DNA of 60,703 bases, filler included, from Barthelona sp. PAP020 (GCA_040182905.1; 5 parts of 5 records of this genome joined end to end with filler, not necessarily neighbours in it), one strand, 5' to 3'; counted from the whole stretch's first letter, positions 33,328 through 44,803 are shown. Notes: generated by a model not told the origin, from the letters alone. Made by a program: numbers and translations.

Positions 33328-36084
33328 ATGTCAAATTTTGAAACGATGCAAGGTCCAAGAGCTTTATTTGCATTTTTGCCATTTGGAGGTGCAGTCAGAA
33401 TTGATGGAGATGGTATTATTAAGCAATGTCGTCCAAAGATTCATCCAACTCGAATTCAAAAGATGATTGATAATATGCCTAGGACGATATTTAATAAAAA
33501 TAAATCAACATGTTTATCATTCGCTGAAAATATGGCCGGAAAGAATTCCATCAAAGTTGGATATGAAATTAGTTCTGATTTGGTTTGGGCAGTTATTGTT
33601 GCATTATTGGAATATGAATTTAATCTTTCAAATCCAGATTTTATTGCTAAATTAAGAGAAATATTGCTTTCTGTCGATTATACTCCTCAAAGACGTTTAA
33701 GTCAGACTTTTGATGCATTTGAATCATTAGATGAAGTTGAAAAATTGTTGTTGGAAGGAAAACGTGAAGATGCTTGTCAAAAGGCTAGAGAAAAAAAATT
33801 GTATGTACACGCATTAGTCTTGGCTATGCATTTGGATAGAGACCTCTATCGTGAGGTTTTGATTGAATTTGTCAAATCGTCTTTTGCACCCGGAAGTTCA
33901 ATGCGAACACTTTATGGGTTATTAGTTGATCGGTCACTTGTTTTTGATGAAGATAATGCTCAGGGTTTGGTAACTAATTGGAGAAGCAATTTAACAATGA
34001 TAATATCAAACCGCACACCTGATGATGAAATGGTTTTAACCAGATTAGCGGACAATCTTTTCTTTAAACATGACAATATTTTAGCGGCCCATCTTTGTTA
34101 TCTGTTAGGGGATGAACAATTTGATTATTCTAACACTAAGTATCCAAAATACTCGTTGTTTGGGCACAACCCTTTCAGATACCGAATGTTTGATCTTGAA
34201 GCATATTTAATGACAGAATGCATTGAGACTGCAAAGAAACTCGGTAACACTCAACATGATTCAATGGCTTTGATACCGTTTCGACTAGCCTTCGCTCAGA
34301 TTCTATTATCGATGGGAAACATTAATGAAGCAGAACAATTATTGGATCAAGTAATTGAATTTTCTCATGCAATTGAGTATATTCCTTTTAATTTTATCGC
34401 TGTAGCACGAAAGACTAGGTTTGCTATTCAATTGAAGAAAGGCACAAAGGATAATGGTGGTCGATTTTTTTCTGGTATTAAAAGTTTCTTTGGTGGATCA
34501 AAAGGGGAACCTCTTGATGGACACGTTTCTGTGGTAAATGATAACAGTAACCGTTCTAGAGCAGTTTCAAATGTTCAAGAATTACCACCAGCACAACCAT
34601 ATTATAAGCAAACTCAAAACCAAAAAATATCCCAAAGTCCAGGTTCTCCTCAATATAATACATCACCAAACCAAGGGCCTGGAAGAACTCGTACAAAATC
34701 AAGTCATAGTTTTAGTGATAAAAGAGTCAAAGGACCCGGTTGGATCACTAGATTCGCCAGTTGGATTACCCGAGGACCTGTTTATCATCAGATGGATCTT
34801 GGTGAACCATTGGGTAATTCATTTGATAGAAGTGATTATGATGATATTCCCTTACCTCCTTCGAATATGGATTTTCCTCCTTCTAACATTGGATTGCCAC
34901 CTTGTAATATTGAATTGCCACCTTCTAACATTGGATTACCACCTTCTAATATCGGATTACCTCCTTCTAATGGACTTTCTTCTTCAAATATTGGACTTCC
35001 TCCTTCTAATAAAGATTTTGTTTTGCCTCCTTCCAACAAGGACCTGGGTTTAAGACATTCCAATTCTGATTTTGGACTTCCTCCTTCCAATACAGATTTT
35101 GGCCTGCCCCCTTCCAATAAAGAACTTGGTTTGGTGCATTCCAGTTCAGACTTTGGACTTCCTCCTTCCAATAAAGACATGTATTTACCTCCTTCTAATA
35201 CTGATTTTGATCTTCCTCCTTCTGATACAACACTTCATCTTTCAAATGCAGACTTTGGTTTTCCTCCTTCCAATAAGGATCTTGTTCACCCTCATCCCAA
35301 ATCGGATTTTGGTCTTCCTCCTTCTGATACAACCCTTCATCTATCTAATGCAGATTTCGGTTTACCTCCCTCCAATAAAGACTTTGATTTGACTTCTAAG
35401 AATACTAATTTACCGGCAATAGATGCAACCTACAACAATTTGGAAAATAAGGTTGACATTTTTGGTTCCAATCTTCCTCATCCTGTTCATTCAAGTAGCA
35501 ATAATCATCCAAATACTGATGTTTTTTCGGGTAACAGCAACGTTGGGTTACCTCATCCACATTCACAAGCTGATAAAATTACTTTTGAAAATACCCTTTT
35601 CACACCTCCGTCAAACGCTGGCTCAATGTCAACAGTTTTGAGTCAACCTGTGGAAACGGGAAATGATGAAGATTTCTTTGCAATTTTAACTGATGAAAAA
35701 CCTTCCGCAGCATCTTCCATTAGTGCTTTGCCTCTTGAACCAATACTCCCAAATTATTCAACACCACATACTGTATTTGAAACAAAAAGAGAAATTACAA
35801 ATGCACCTGTGAACCCAATTTTTTCAGCAACAGATATGCTTTCAGTCTCCACAGTAATGCCTGAGAATTTTGGTAAAATAACTGAAATACCATCGACTAC
35901 CAATGAGCCTTCATTGACAACGACAACAGCAGGTCGAAAAAGAAGAAAAAGACGTGTAGGTGGATACGTTGATACACTTACGAACAGTGGAAATTCTCCA
36001 GCTCAACCAACCTCAAACAATTCAAGTCAAAATACCTCTCCTGTTATGCCTGGTTTCCCTAGTTCAAGTGGAATGTTTTTGTGA
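33328..36084 (+). CDS. SEC16: COPII scaffold Sec16-like protein with proline-rich repeat tail
   Basis: Central domain LLLEGKREDAC..A..KLYVHALVLA...NWRSNLTMIISNRT...LADNL...AAHLCYLL; late YVDTL motif. Confidence 0.85.
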   Translation: MSNFETMQGPRALFAFLPFGGAVRIDGDGIIKQCRPKIHPTRIQKMIDNMPRTIFNKNKSTCLSFAENMAGKNSIKVGYEISSDLVWAVIVALLEYEFNLSNPDFIAKLREILLSVDYTPQRRLSQTFDAFESLDEVEKLLLEGKREDACQKAREKKLYVHALVLAMHLDRDLYREVLIEFVKSSFAPGSSMRTLYGLLVDRSLVFDEDNAQGLVTNWRSNLTMIISNRTPDDEMVLTRLADNLFFKHDNILAAHLCYLLGDEQFDYSNTKYPKYSLFGHNPFRYRMFDLEAYLMTECIETAKKLGNTQHDSMALIPFRLAFAQILLSMGNINEAEQLLDQVIEFSHAIEYIPFNFIAVARKTRFAIQLKKGTKDNGGRFFSGIKSFFGGSKGEPLDGHVSVVNDNSNRSRAVSNVQELPPAQPYYKQTQNQKISQSPGSPQYNTSPNQGPGRTRTKSSHSFSDKRVKGPGWITRFASWITRGPVYHQMDLGEPLGNSFDRSDYDDIPLPPSNMDFPPSNIGLPPCNIELPPSNIGLPPSNIGLPPSNGLSSSNIGLPPSNKDFVLPPSNKDLGLRHSNSDFGLPPSNTDFGLPPSNKELGLVHSSSDFGLPPSNKDMYLPPSNTDFDLPPSDTTLHLSNADFGFPPSNKDLVHPHPKSDFGLPPSDTTLHLSNADFGLPPSNKDFDLTSKNTNLPAIDATYNNLENKVDIFGSNLPHPVHSSSNNHPNTDVFSGNSNVGLPHPHSQADKITFENTLFTPPSNAGSMSTVLSQPVETGNDEDFFAILTDEKPSAASSISALPLEPILPNYSTPHTVFETKREITNAPVNPIFSATDMLSVSTVMPENFGKITEIPSTTNEPSLTTTTAGRKRRKRRVGGYVDTLTNSGNSPAQPTSNNSSQNTSPVMPGFPSSSGMFL
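34850..35380 (+). repeat. Coding minisatellite of GLPPSN-type units, base period 21 nt, with higher-order duplications
   Basis: Recurrent CCTCCTTC(T/C)AA; block PPSDTTLHLSNADFG occurs twice. Confidence 0.85.
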
Positions 36085-36416
36085 CTTATAAAAAATTTCT
36101 GTTTTCTTTTTTCAAAAAAATTTGCATTGTTGTGTAACGCAGCAGACATTTCATAAGAGAGCAACAACAAGAAAGTGTTTGGATGCGTTTGTGTGAGTCA
36201 AGCAAAACCCACAATATGCTAGCCTGTTTCCCTACACCAGATCAACCAGTATCAGAAATTAATCCTACAAAGTTTCAGCCTGTGACAAGAACTTTGCGGG
36301 AAAAGAGAAAAGAATGTTTTCCGGTGCAGGAAAAACTTTCCCGCCACTTTTGAACAAGTTGGAATTTCAAAATTGGAAGATGTTATCAAATTAAATCAAA
36401 ATTTTAAATATGGCAG

Positions 36417-36516
36417 NNNNNNNNNNNNNNNNNNNNNNNNNNNNNNNNNNNNNNNNNNNNTTAATTAATTAANNNNNNNNNNNNNNNNNNNNNNNNNNNN
36501 NNNNNNNNNNNNNNNN
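36417..36516. other. Artificial 100-bp contig spacer
   Basis: N run with central TTAATTAATTAA. Confidence 0.97.
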
Positions 36517-37188
36517 ATTAAAGAAACAAACTGATGCTCAAATGAATTTCCTCTCTAATGAAGTTGAAAGAGAAATTGAAAACAATGAACGTTTGACTTC
36601 TCAAAACCGTTTATTGGATCAAGAATTAGATGAAGAAGTTGAAACACATCTCAAATTCCAAGAATATCATAAGAATGAGATTGAAAATCTATCGAACAGA
36701 TTAATGAACGAACAATTGAGGCACAACGAGAATGTCAATGATTTAGAAGGTCAATTGAATAATGAAAGATACAGACATGAGCAAGAAGCTGAAAATCTCA
36801 ACAATAAGTTAGATTTAGCAAGAACCAAGTTTGATAAATTAAAGAAACAAACTGATGCTCAAATGAATTTCCTCTCTAATGAAGTTGAAAGAGAAATTGA
36901 AAACAATGAACGTTTGACTTCTCAAAACCGTTTATTGGATCAAGAATTAGATGAAGAAATTGAAACACATCTCAAATTCCAAGAATATCATAAGAATGAG
37001 ATTGAAAATCTATCGAACAGATTAATGAACGAACAATTGAGGCACAACGAGAATGTCAATGATTTAGAAGGTCAATTGAATAATGAAAGATACAGACATG
37101 AGCAAGAAGCTGAAAATCTCAACAATAAGTTAGATTTAGCAAGAACCAAGTTTGATAAATTAAAGAAACAAACTGATGCTCAAATGAA
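36517..37188 (+). repeat. Near-perfect 321-bp tandem repeat (2 units plus partial third)
   Basis: ATTAAAGAAACAAACTGATGCTCAAATGAA recurs at 36517, 36838 and 37159; one visible difference (GTT/ATT, V/I). Confidence 0.95.
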
Positions 37189-38581
37189 GGTAAGAGACCT
37201 TTCTACCAAGGATAAACATGCTATTGATGAAGAAAATGATAACAGTTTTATGGTGATGAAATATTGTGAAGAAAACAATCTCCTGAAAGATGAGATTGAG
37301 AAAGAAAGAAAATTATGCAGCGCTTTGAAGGCAGAAAACTTAAAGTTGGAAAAGCATTTTAAAATTAGTGATAGATTGGCCAGTGATTATCGTAGTATAT
37401 TTGAGTTGTGCAACAAACAGAAACAAACCATTTTTTCACTAAAAAACACTTTGCGATCTCAAGTACAGCAAACAGAAAATTCTAAAAAAATTTGTTTGGA
37501 ATGGAAGCAAAAGTATAATCTGTTGTTGAGTGAAATAGATGGATTGAAGAAGGCACCAATTTTAAGAGAAGATGATGATGATGATGATGAAGTTTATGAG
37601 GATGAAGTTTATGAGGAAGAAGAAGTTGATGAAGAAGTTGATGAAGAAGTTGATGAAGAAGAAGAAGAAGAAGAAGAAGTTTCTGTGGATGAAGATGATG
37701 ATGATGATTTTTTTAGCAAAAAAAGACTTGAACTGCTTAAAAACATTAAATTTCCAAATAAATTATCGTTCTATGTATTTCAAAATTTTTATGAAAGAGA
37801 AATCAATGAATCTTCAGCAATTTTGAATATTTTGCTAAAATATAGGGAAAATGATATTCAAGAAATAAAAAATATCTTTCTTACTTTATTTTCTAAGAAT
37901 TTTAATAATATTCAATCATCTACAAATAATCAAAGTATTGAAGATTATCCTATAAACATTGTTTTGTATGTATGTTTTGGATTTCTTATCCTTTCTAATT
38001 CAAATATTGATAATAATCAAACATTTAAATCATTTAATACCTCAGAAACTTTGGAAACTTTTGAAATTTTAGAAATTTTGGAAAACTTTTCAAAAATTTC
38101 TGATTTCAATGTACATACAAAAGATTTTGGTAAAAATGTTCTTGAATATTCAATTGTAACATTAGCAATATGTTTGAATGTTGCTGAAGAAACTTTATTT
38201 CCATATTTCTCTTTATTAGGATACAAAAAAATAAATTTGAAACAATTTTCAAGTATTTATACACAAATCAAGGAAAACTCATTCATTTTTTCCACAACAA
38301 GTTTTAAAAATTTGATAAAATTCCCAAAATTTTTCAAAATCTTATATAGCAGATTAAAACTGAAAACTACTGATAAATCAAAAAAAAATAGCTCTATTCT
38401 AACCGGCACGAATATACATTCCGCGATGAATTCGCTTTTTCCAACATTACAAAAAAGTTTTATAAAGTCGATTGGATCCTCTTTAAGAACTTTTATTGTA
38501 ACTGAATATAAAGATTATTTAAATTTAAAAATTATGGATAATCCTTTATTAATAGAAAAATTTGATACTGTAAATATGTGA
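36517..38581 (+). CDS. Coiled-coil repeat protein with acidic tract, 5'-truncated
   Basis: Frame open from contig edge; 107-aa tandem units, D/E run, unrecognised helical C-terminus. Confidence 0.75.
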
Positions 38582-38758
38582 ACTTTTATTTATTTTTTGA
38601 TTGAATTTGGATCTTTCTTTTATTATTGAAGGATAGTAAGACCCAAACAAAAAAGGAATCCTGAATAATCAAGAAAAAAATCTGAATTGCTTTATTTTAA
38701 TTGAAAATTAAATGTTTATACAAATGAAAAGAAGAAAATGGATTAAAGTTGGATAAAT

Positions 38759-39142
38759 TTAATTCTTTTGATGTTCTTCAATAACATTGGCCAGTTCTTC
38801 CAAAAAGGCCAGAAAACTTGCGGAATAATTTCCTTGAGCTGTTTGACTGAAATCCCAATCAACACAACGATGATTCATTTTATTCCAATAATCTCTTATC
38901 TTTTTCCAACGTTCCATAACAACAAAACGACTCGTTTGACCACTGTCTTTTATCTGAGCATCCAGACATGTATTCATCAAATCTACAATAACTATTCCAT
39001 TGACTAAGTCAGCAGACAAAGCGTTGGTATGATTTGTATATTTTCTTACCAATCTAAGAATTCTGACTTGATCAACAATTGATTGTTGTTTACGACTTCT
39101 GGCAATCTTTCCACTTACTGGTGAAAGAGGGGTTACATTCAT
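38759..39142 (-). CDS. Small calponin-homology-like domain protein
   Basis: ILRLVRKY...ADLVNGIVIVDLMN...MERWKKIRDYW...QGNYSASFLAFLEEL follows the CH-domain pattern; first ATG 39142. Confidence 0.55.
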   Translation of the reverse strand: MNVTPLSPVSGKIARSRKQQSIVDQVRILRLVRKYTNHTNALSADLVNGIVIVDLMNTCLDAQIKDSGQTSRFVVMERWKKIRDYWNKMNHRCVDWDFSQTAQGNYSASFLAFLEELANVIEEHQKN

Positions 39143-39497
39143 CAAAGAATAAAAACTAATATATTTTACCCAAACCAATTTAGTTCGCAATTAAAAGACT
39201 GATAAAAATGAAAACATAACAACATTTATTTTTTCTGATAAAAGTTCATAAATCCTTTGAATTGCAGTTTAATCAAGTTTTAAAGATGATGACAATTTTT
39301 AGAAATGCACAAAATTTTTTTGTTTTGTTTTTTCAAATAAAAAATATTTACAAACAACTTTTTTTGCCAAGATAAGCCTCAAAAATCTTTTTAGAGATAT
39401 TACGATAATAATAAGTTGATTTCAAAAGGCAAATAATATCAAAAAAAAATAAATTGCGTTTCAAAAAAAAAAATCGCTTTTATCCAAAATCCAAAAC

Positions 39498-40373
39498 TTA
39501 CATGTCTTTTTTAACATCTGCAATTTCAGCTAACTTCTCCATCTTCTTTGTCAATATATCCAATGCTAATTTTAAAACTGTGTTTGGAGCTAATGCACCT
39601 GTCGTTTCAATTTCAAATTCATAAATTGAAAACCCATTTTCCTTCAGCTCTGTAATTTCAACTAAATCTCTTCCTTGAGCACTACTCCACACCAAACAAT
39701 TGTCACAATAAATACATTCATCAGGATTCTTAACAACAACAGCATTTCTGTGTTTTTCAATATCAAAGACTCCTCTGGGGCAACTGGAAACCAATCCCAT
39801 GCATTCTTCTGTGGTTAGCATATCTGCTTCCATTGTTAACCGAATTAAAGGCTTTGGTTTAAAAACACACTTGGCAACAGGCGAATATTTTGCGTGTACT
39901 TTACCAATATTTAATGAAGCTTCTGCTGTAAAATCAACAGACTGTCCTTTTACTAACTTAACCAATGGAATATTATCAATAGCTGGTGCATATTGGTTAG
40001 GACATTTTAAATCTCCACTATACAATGTAACAGTATCCAACTCACAAGTATAATTTAAGCTATAATTGACAGTACACTTTTCACAACCACCAGAACATTC
40101 ACACTGACTTTTCATCTTTAACCTACCATTCGTTGAAGCATTTTCAGAATTTAATGGGATCAGACCTAATCTATGAGCCAAAAATTCGTCAACTAAAACT
40201 GAAGTATTCTGTTTAAATTCCACTAAATCAATTGCCAATGTTGGAATTTCCGCTATAATGACTCGACGAATAGCATTGGCAACCGATAAATCAACATTTT
40301 TTAAAATAAATTTTAAATATGTATCTTGTTGGTCTTCTACTTTTAATGAACTATTCGTTTGAGCACTCGACAT
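39498..40373 (-). CDS. RPB3: RNA polymerase II subunit RPB3
   Basis: ANAIRRVIIAEIPTLAID, DEFLAHRLGLIPL, Zn motif CECSGGCEKC, HAKYSPV, FEIETTGAL. Confidence 0.93.
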   Translation of the reverse strand: MSSAQTNSSLKVEDQQDTYLKFILKNVDLSVANAIRRVIIAEIPTLAIDLVEFKQNTSVLVDEFLAHRLGLIPLNSENASTNGRLKMKSQCECSGGCEKCTVNYSLNYTCELDTVTLYSGDLKCPNQYAPAIDNIPLVKLVKGQSVDFTAEASLNIGKVHAKYSPVAKCVFKPKPLIRLTMEADMLTTEECMGLVSSCPRGVFDIEKHRNAVVVKNPDECIYCDNCLVWSSAQGRDLVEITELKENGFSIYEFEIETTGALAPNTVLKLALDILTKKMEKLAEIADVKKDM

Positions 40374-40649
40374 ATTATATTTGAAGTTTGAGTTAAAAAA
40401 AAAAGTTCTTAACTTTAATTAAAATCTTTTTGAACTGTTTTGTTTGTGTTAAATTAAAATGTAAAAATCACATAAAACACCATCAATATTTATCAAAACA
40501 AAATCGAAAGTTACAAATAAAAATTACTTTCTCTTTTGTTTTTAAAAATTAGTTTTTAAATTAACCATTTATATAATGCATAAAAAAGCATAAATAACAA
40601 TAAAAAAACCATGAAAAATTCATTTATAACAAAAAACGAGTTTTTAGAA

Positions 40650-41594
40650 TTATTGATTGGTAAATTTGAAAGGCAAATAAACCAATAAAGAGAAAATAAT
40701 AACCAAAGGTTCTAACTTTAAAATATGGAAAGGAAATTCTCCTTTCATTAAAGGATTTGAAGTAGGAGGTGCTTCCAAAAGGAACATATAATTTGCACCC
40801 AACAATTTGTTTACAATAATTGTGATAAAAGCTTGAATATTCGCAAAAATAAAGAATCTCAACCAACACCATTCCGTTAAAACCAAACCCAAACCACAAA
40901 CTGAAAAAACAGCACAAGAAACAATGAAAAAATGTGCAATGAAAAAAGAAATGAAACGGAAATTGACTGATTCGACATAATTTTTGGCAGGGGTCAATAT
41001 TGCGGAACCGGCTCCTAAAACAGCCCATAAAAATAAGTATTCCGCAAACCAATGGTGATTAAAAATGTAAAAGTGAAAGGGATAAGCATAGACTAAAAAA
41101 CCACAAATGTGAAAAGGGAAATGATTTTGGCTAACAAATTTCCAACCATTTTTACCAGCTTGAAAACCTACAAGCATAGATTCATTAACTAATGCAATGT
41201 AACAAAGGATTGCCCTGTAAATATAAATCTTATCTTCTCCAAAAAGAAAGCGAAATAGACCAGAAAAAATCACCCAAGCAGCGCCAATCATCAAAGAAAT
41301 AATATGTAACCATCCATAAGCCCCACTCCAACGAATCATGTTGTCATTGTTTGAAACAGACAGTTGTCCTTCTTCAATTACACCTTTAGAATTTGATACA
41401 TCCTCAATTTCATTATCTGACAGTGGAACCACATCATCTTTCTCCATAGAGAGAATAGGTGTTCCATCACTTTCAACTTTGAGATCAACACTAATTTCTA
41501 AATCATCTTCAAAGACTTCATCAGAGTGAATGGAACCTTCAACTAATTCTTCTGAATGAATATTATTATCTTCAAAACAATATTCTTCATCCAT
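40650..41594 (-). CDS. YwaF/TMEM164-like integral membrane protein with acidic N-terminal extension
   Basis: HFPFHICG, GAGSAILTP, FFIAHFFI, NKLLGANYMFL motifs; about 7 TM segments. Confidence 0.8.
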   Translation of the reverse strand: MDEEYCFEDNNIHSEELVEGSIHSDEVFEDDLEISVDLKVESDGTPILSMEKDDVVPLSDNEIEDVSNSKGVIEEGQLSVSNNDNMIRWSGAYGWLHIISLMIGAAWVIFSGLFRFLFGEDKIYIYRAILCYIALVNESMLVGFQAGKNGWKFVSQNHFPFHICGFLVYAYPFHFYIFNHHWFAEYLFLWAVLGAGSAILTPAKNYVESVNFRFISFFIAHFFIVSCAVFSVCGLGLVLTEWCWLRFFIFANIQAFITIIVNKLLGANYMFLLEAPPTSNPLMKGEFPFHILKLEPLVIIFSLLVYLPFKFTNQ

Positions 41595-41808
41595 TATATT
41601 TTATAGGACAAAGAAAAATTATTTTGTTTTTGATCACAGTAATTTTTTTTAATTTTTGAAATTTCATGACTGATAAAACAATTGTTATTAATATCAATTA
41701 AAGTTATTCCAAAAAAAAGCACAGAAATAAATTTTTTTTTCAATTTTGATGGTTGGATTTTTCAAATAATTTTTTATTTCTTGTCTAAGAATCAATATTC
41801 ATATGAGA

Positions 41809-41915
41809 AGTCCCTCAATTCATCCTTATAGTTTTGGTTGAAATTATTTGAATGTGTTTTTTGAATCTACTTTATCCATATAAAAAATTATGTTGTTTCA
41901 CAGCTGGACCAATTT
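41809..41915 (+). repeat. Dispersed ~105-bp non-coding repeat, copy 1
   Basis: Starts AGTCCCTCAATTC, ends TGTTGTTTCACAGCTGGACCAATTT; colinear with 47804..47909. Confidence 0.8.
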
Positions 41916-42018
41916 TTCTTTATTGTACAAATATAGGGAAAAAATATTTACTTTAGCTGTTTTCATTCAGGGAAATATTTCAAAAAACAAACAAACAATT
42001 ATTTACAAAGAAATAGTA

Positions 42019-43509
42019 CTAATCATCAGCATTACTCTCGTCACTCTTTTCATCTTCCATCTCTTTATCAATGTACTGACGCATATTGCCACTATTTCTT
42101 TCATTTAAGTCGATCAAATCCCAACAAAAGTTGATGGACATGTCAAAATCTTTTTGATTCATGTAGACTCCAGCACCTACAAATTCGCGAATGATGATAC
42201 TGTTTGCCTTCATTACAACAAGTGTTGATACAAGATAACCCTCATTCTTTACCAATTCAATTAACTCAGATTTAGATAAATGCTCAAATTTTAGATCCAC
42301 AGGTTCACTATTGTCCAATTGTTGGTTTAAGTTGAGACAGCTCAAAATGCGGTATTCATTATTCATTTGCCATTCCTCATCACTTGTATATAATCTGTTG
42401 AAAAACAACAGCATATCTACACCATTTATGTTTATTTCGGGACAATCTAGAAGCATTTTGGCAATGTAAAGATGACCATAGAAACAACAAATGTATAATG
42501 GAGAAAATCCATCATTATTGCACATATTAACATCAGCTCCATGATTCAAGAGCATTTTGGCAACATCAAGATGACCTTTTTGACAGCTGATGTATAATGG
42601 AGAAACACCATTCTTTTTGCATAAATTAACATCAGCACCATTTTCCAAGAGCATTTTGGCAATATCAATATGACTATATTGACAGCTGTTGTATAATGGA
42701 GAAGCACCATTATCATCACACAAAGAAAAATCAGCTCCATGATCTAAAAGCATTTTGGCAATGTCAAGATGACCTTTTTGACAACTGATGTACAACGGAG
42801 AAGCACCATTCTTTTTACACAAATTAATTTCAACTCCATGATTCAACAACATTTCGACAACATCCAGATGACCATTTTTACAGCTGATATACAATGGAGA
42901 AGCATTATTAATATCACACAAACTAACATCAGCTCCATGATCTAAGAGCATTTTGGCAACATCAATATGACCTTTTTGACAACTGATGTACAAAGGAGAA
43001 ACATCAATATTATCACTCAAATCAACATCAACTCCATGATTCAACAACATTTCGGCAATATTAAGATGCCCATTTTGACAGCTGATATACAATGGAGAAA
43101 TACCTTCTTTATTACTCAAATCAACATCAACCCCATGATTCAGTAACATTTTAGCAACATCAAAATGACTATTTTGACAGCTGATATACAAAGGAGAAGT
43201 GCCATCTTTCATACACAAATTAACATCAGCCTCAAAATCCAACAAAAACTCAACAACGTTGATATGCCCATTGAAACAAGCTCCATACAGCGATGTCCTT
43301 CCATCCTTACCCTGTTTGTTCACATCAACGCCAGCTTTAATACAATGCTTGACAACCTCCAGATTTCCATCACATGATGCATAATACATCTTCTTTGCTT
43401 GACCATCATCTTCAAACCCATCCACTTCAAACGCATCTGGAACAAAAACTTGATCCATATTATGTTTAGCATAAGTGTCAATTTCCTCAACTGTACTATT
43501 GACAACCAT
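42019..43509 (-). CDS. Ankyrin-repeat protein (10 repeats) with shared C-terminal module
   Basis: 33-aa units SPLYISCQxGHxDxAKMLLxHGADV; tail IREFVGAGVYMNQKDFDMSINFCWDLIDLNERNSGNM. Confidence 0.93.
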   Translation of the reverse strand: MVVNSTVEEIDTYAKHNMDQVFVPDAFEVDGFEDDGQAKKMYYASCDGNLEVVKHCIKAGVDVNKQGKDGRTSLYGACFNGHINVVEFLLDFEADVNLCMKDGTSPLYISCQNSHFDVAKMLLNHGVDVDLSNKEGISPLYISCQNGHLNIAEMLLNHGVDVDLSDNIDVSPLYISCQKGHIDVAKMLLDHGADVSLCDINNASPLYISCKNGHLDVVEMLLNHGVEINLCKKNGASPLYISCQKGHLDIAKMLLDHGADFSLCDDNGASPLYNSCQYSHIDIAKMLLENGADVNLCKKNGVSPLYISCQKGHLDVAKMLLNHGADVNMCNNDGFSPLYICCFYGHLYIAKMLLDCPEININGVDMLLFFNRLYTSDEEWQMNNEYRILSCLNLNQQLDNSEPVDLKFEHLSKSELIELVKNEGYLVSTLVVMKANSIIIREFVGAGVYMNQKDFDMSINFCWDLIDLNERNSGNMRQYIDKEMEDEKSDESNADD

Positions 43510-44803
43510 TTTCTGTAAAAAAAAAGAAATAAAAAGACCAAGTGCTGATGATTTTTCTTTAAATATTTATCCCTCAATCAGTGCTTATTTTGAAGTAGCC
43601 GTTACTATAATGAAATGTGATGGTTGATTAGAATTGTTTATGGAAAACTTTTCAATGTTCTTTAATTCTTTCTTGAAATTTTCTATTTCGAATTGATACC
43701 CAATTATGTTTTCGATATTGATTTAAACATTGTGAAAATGTCACAAAATTTTGAACGTTTGTCGTGATATTGTTTATTCGAATATTTATGTCAAACGACA
43801 TTCTTCCAAATCATTTTTACCCATTTGTTGATTGATTTTGTGGTGGTGTTGATATATTTTTGATCAAGAGATTTATAAAGTGAACTTACAAAGTATTTTA
43901 CAAATGAATCAAGTCTCTTTGTTTTCTATTGAACACCCCTTTTTAATTTCTTTCATTCTGTAACAATGAATAGTTAAAAACAACTACATACAAGATTAAT
44001 ACTTTGAACATGTCTTCAATTTCCTTCACAATGAGAGTCTCCAAAGTTGGGTTTGTGTACCAACCTTCAATTGAAATAAATAAAAGCAACATCATTTATA
44101 ATTGATATTTTTTGTTCTTGCTGATTTAAACACAAAAAATTGGTACTACAAAAACAAGAATTAGACAAGATAAAAGTATAGTGAATTTCAGTCTGGGAAA
44201 ACAATAACCTAAAAACTCATTTTAAAATATTATAGTCAAAGAAATAAGTGCTTCAAATTCAATTTTGATGATCAAAAATGGAAATTTTTGTATCAGTTAA
44301 AAAACATACATCATATTTAAAAGAAGTCAACCATAAATTTCGACTGAAATCTCAGAAGAGGCAATTGGGTGAAATTCAATTGTGAAAAATGTTTTCCATC
44401 TTTACTTTAACTTATGAAAATATGAAAGTTTGAACAGATCAAAATACTCTTGAAAGCCTTCATATCAAGGCAATTCATAAAATAATAATCATTGACAATG
44501 GCAAAAATTCATCTCGTAATTCATTAAAGGTTTCCACTCTATTAACAACTCAGATCGCAAAAACAAGAGGACAAATGGTTTGAGATGTCCAATTTCTCAA
44601 ATCATTTGAGTGTTTTGGTTTCATTTCATTAGAGGATGATTGATGTTGTTTTTACATGTGAAGTGACTCTGTGGTTGAAGAACAGTTTGAAAATGTATTA
44701 AATGATGAAATGAAAATGTGTGTTAAATTTACAAGTTGCAAAACCTGAGAAGTGATGTGAAACATGTGACAACAGATGATAGTGCAAAATAGAAGGTCGG
44801 ATT

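Noticed and set aside
36130..36416. GC-richer contig end with nested hairpin (GCGGGAAA...TTTCCCGC, 36296-36344) as a mobile element end
   Set aside because: Short stems, interrupted frames, no transposase or RT motif, and truncated by the gap.
37188..37196. AG|GTAAGA donor-like site after the 321-bp repeats
   Set aside because: The reading frame continues without needing splicing and no clear branch point/acceptor lies within the typical intron length.
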